DNA of 64,000 nt from Squalus acanthias. Taxonomy: Eukaryota. Made by a program: the position numbers and the translations under genes. Every line of letters starts with the position of its first letter. Position 1 is the first letter of the stretch. The notes beneath the pieces were generated by a model. That model ran no database searches. It was given only the letters and a program-made list of their open reading frames with translations, and was not told where the DNA came from. The stretch spans positions 113,090,001 through 113,154,000 of the forward strand of contig CM059432.1 of the NCBI GenBank assembly GCA_030390025.1, written 5' to 3'. Positions 62,821 to 64,000 of the stretch are shown piece after piece.

Positions 62821-64000
62821 TGTTGTAGAATTCGCAATATAATCGCGATTTTATAAATAAGGAGGAGACACATAGTTTCGTACAAACAGCTTTATTTCAG
62901 CAGAATGCTGTCAGGTTTTCAAAGTGGACACAAACAGCCTGTAAAATGGCCGCCACGCCTCGTGGCAGAACGTTCTAGACTTTTCAATGAGCAGACAAGA
63001 TGGCGTTCCAATAAATATTTGTGCGATTTCGGACAAGACTCAGCACATTTGAGATAATTCACAAGACATAATGGGTTTGCATTTTACACATAAATACTGG
63101 AATCGGTCTCCCAGGTGCGAATAAGGGCTATTGTACCGAGCGATCAAGAACCCATCCAAAGACATTAATATGCAAAATCCCCATGACTCTACGATGAGAG
63201 AGCCGTTTGCGGGTAGTTACAGAAACATTTGGAAGCCCCAAAAGCCCTCCAGGGAGAATACTGACCGGTTACACAATGGGAGAAGTATTAACGGGTACTC
63301 AGGCAGTTACAAGTATCACCGAAACCCATTAAACGGAGATCACTCTATACAAGGAGTTTGGGCGCCAAAACCCTGACAAAAGAAAAGACATTAAGATTGG
63401 GCGGGAAAAGAGGAATTACAGCACTATAACTGTAAGGTACAACCGTCCATCTGTCTCTTGCCGCTTGCTCTTGACTCTTGACTCTTGCATCTGCCTCCGT
63501 GGCTTGCCGCGAAGATCTGTGTGGAACTGGGCTGTGAAGCCTTGAAAACGGGCACACCATCCCGAGAGGTCGGTACACGGTGTTGGAACCGAAGGCCCGA
63601 GATGAGATGAGATGAGATGAGATGAGAAGAGAAGAAGACGACCATACGTATCGCCACGGTCAGTAAGCCCCGACCGCGCCTGTAGGTCGAATAAACACTT
63701 TCCTTGCCCAGGAAGACTATTCTTTGAGTTTTACAAACTGGTGAGGGCACAGGAAGACCATTCTTCGAGTTTTATCGCATCGGGGCGAGGGCACAGGAAG
63801 ACTATTTTTCGAGTCGTGTCGGAACTCCGAGGACAACACAGATCTTCATGACAGCAGATGGTCCAGCCTGCTAGCCGGAGCAGAAACGAGTAAACAAGTG
63901 GGGTACAGAGACCCCTGATCAACACGTGGGTGGTCAGGTGCTGCAGGAAAAATATCTGAGCAGAGTTTCAGAATTCTCCGAGTTATCACGAGTGGTGAGC
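62821..64000 (-). mobile_element. Putative LTR-element end and internal non-coding region
   Basis: Minus strand has AATAAA (62892-97) and ends ...CTACAACA at 62821. CpG-rich, with (GAGAT)n and three CAGGAAGAC repeats. No coding motifs seen. Confidence 0.35.

Overview
This 64 kb window is vertebrate genomic DNA, almost certainly from a cartilaginous fish: it carries HE1-type V-SINE and SacSINE1/DeuSINE-type repeats and shark-type CR1 tails. No host protein-coding exon is supportable; the window is mostly nested transposable elements. Main contents: (1) A decayed endogenous retrovirus (3165-11963) with ~270 bp LTRs, a tRNA-Ser PBS, and gag-pro-RT-tether-RNaseH-IN remnants. Its env resembles a paramyxo/pneumovirus class I F protein, as in lokiretroviruses. 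It is interrupted by a Tigger/pogo transposon and two Penelope mini-insertions. (2) Short Penelope-like insertions whose arms begin at minimal hammerhead-ribozyme motifs. (3) At least five PIF/Harbinger elements (nuclease plus convergent 3-exon Myb/SANT gene) and several MITEs with 3-bp TSDs and a shared quasi-palindromic target. Two sit at the same nucleotide of the Penelope hammerhead, and two carry parallel minisatellite expansions. (4) A full-length CR1 nested in a 5'-inverted Vingi-like LINE, itself inside an older CR1. (5) A single-ORF LINE with a tRNA-like head, plus a matching head+tail SINE. (6) A mostly TE-free AT-rich block that may be a conserved enhancer. All family names come from motif recognition by eye, not database searches.
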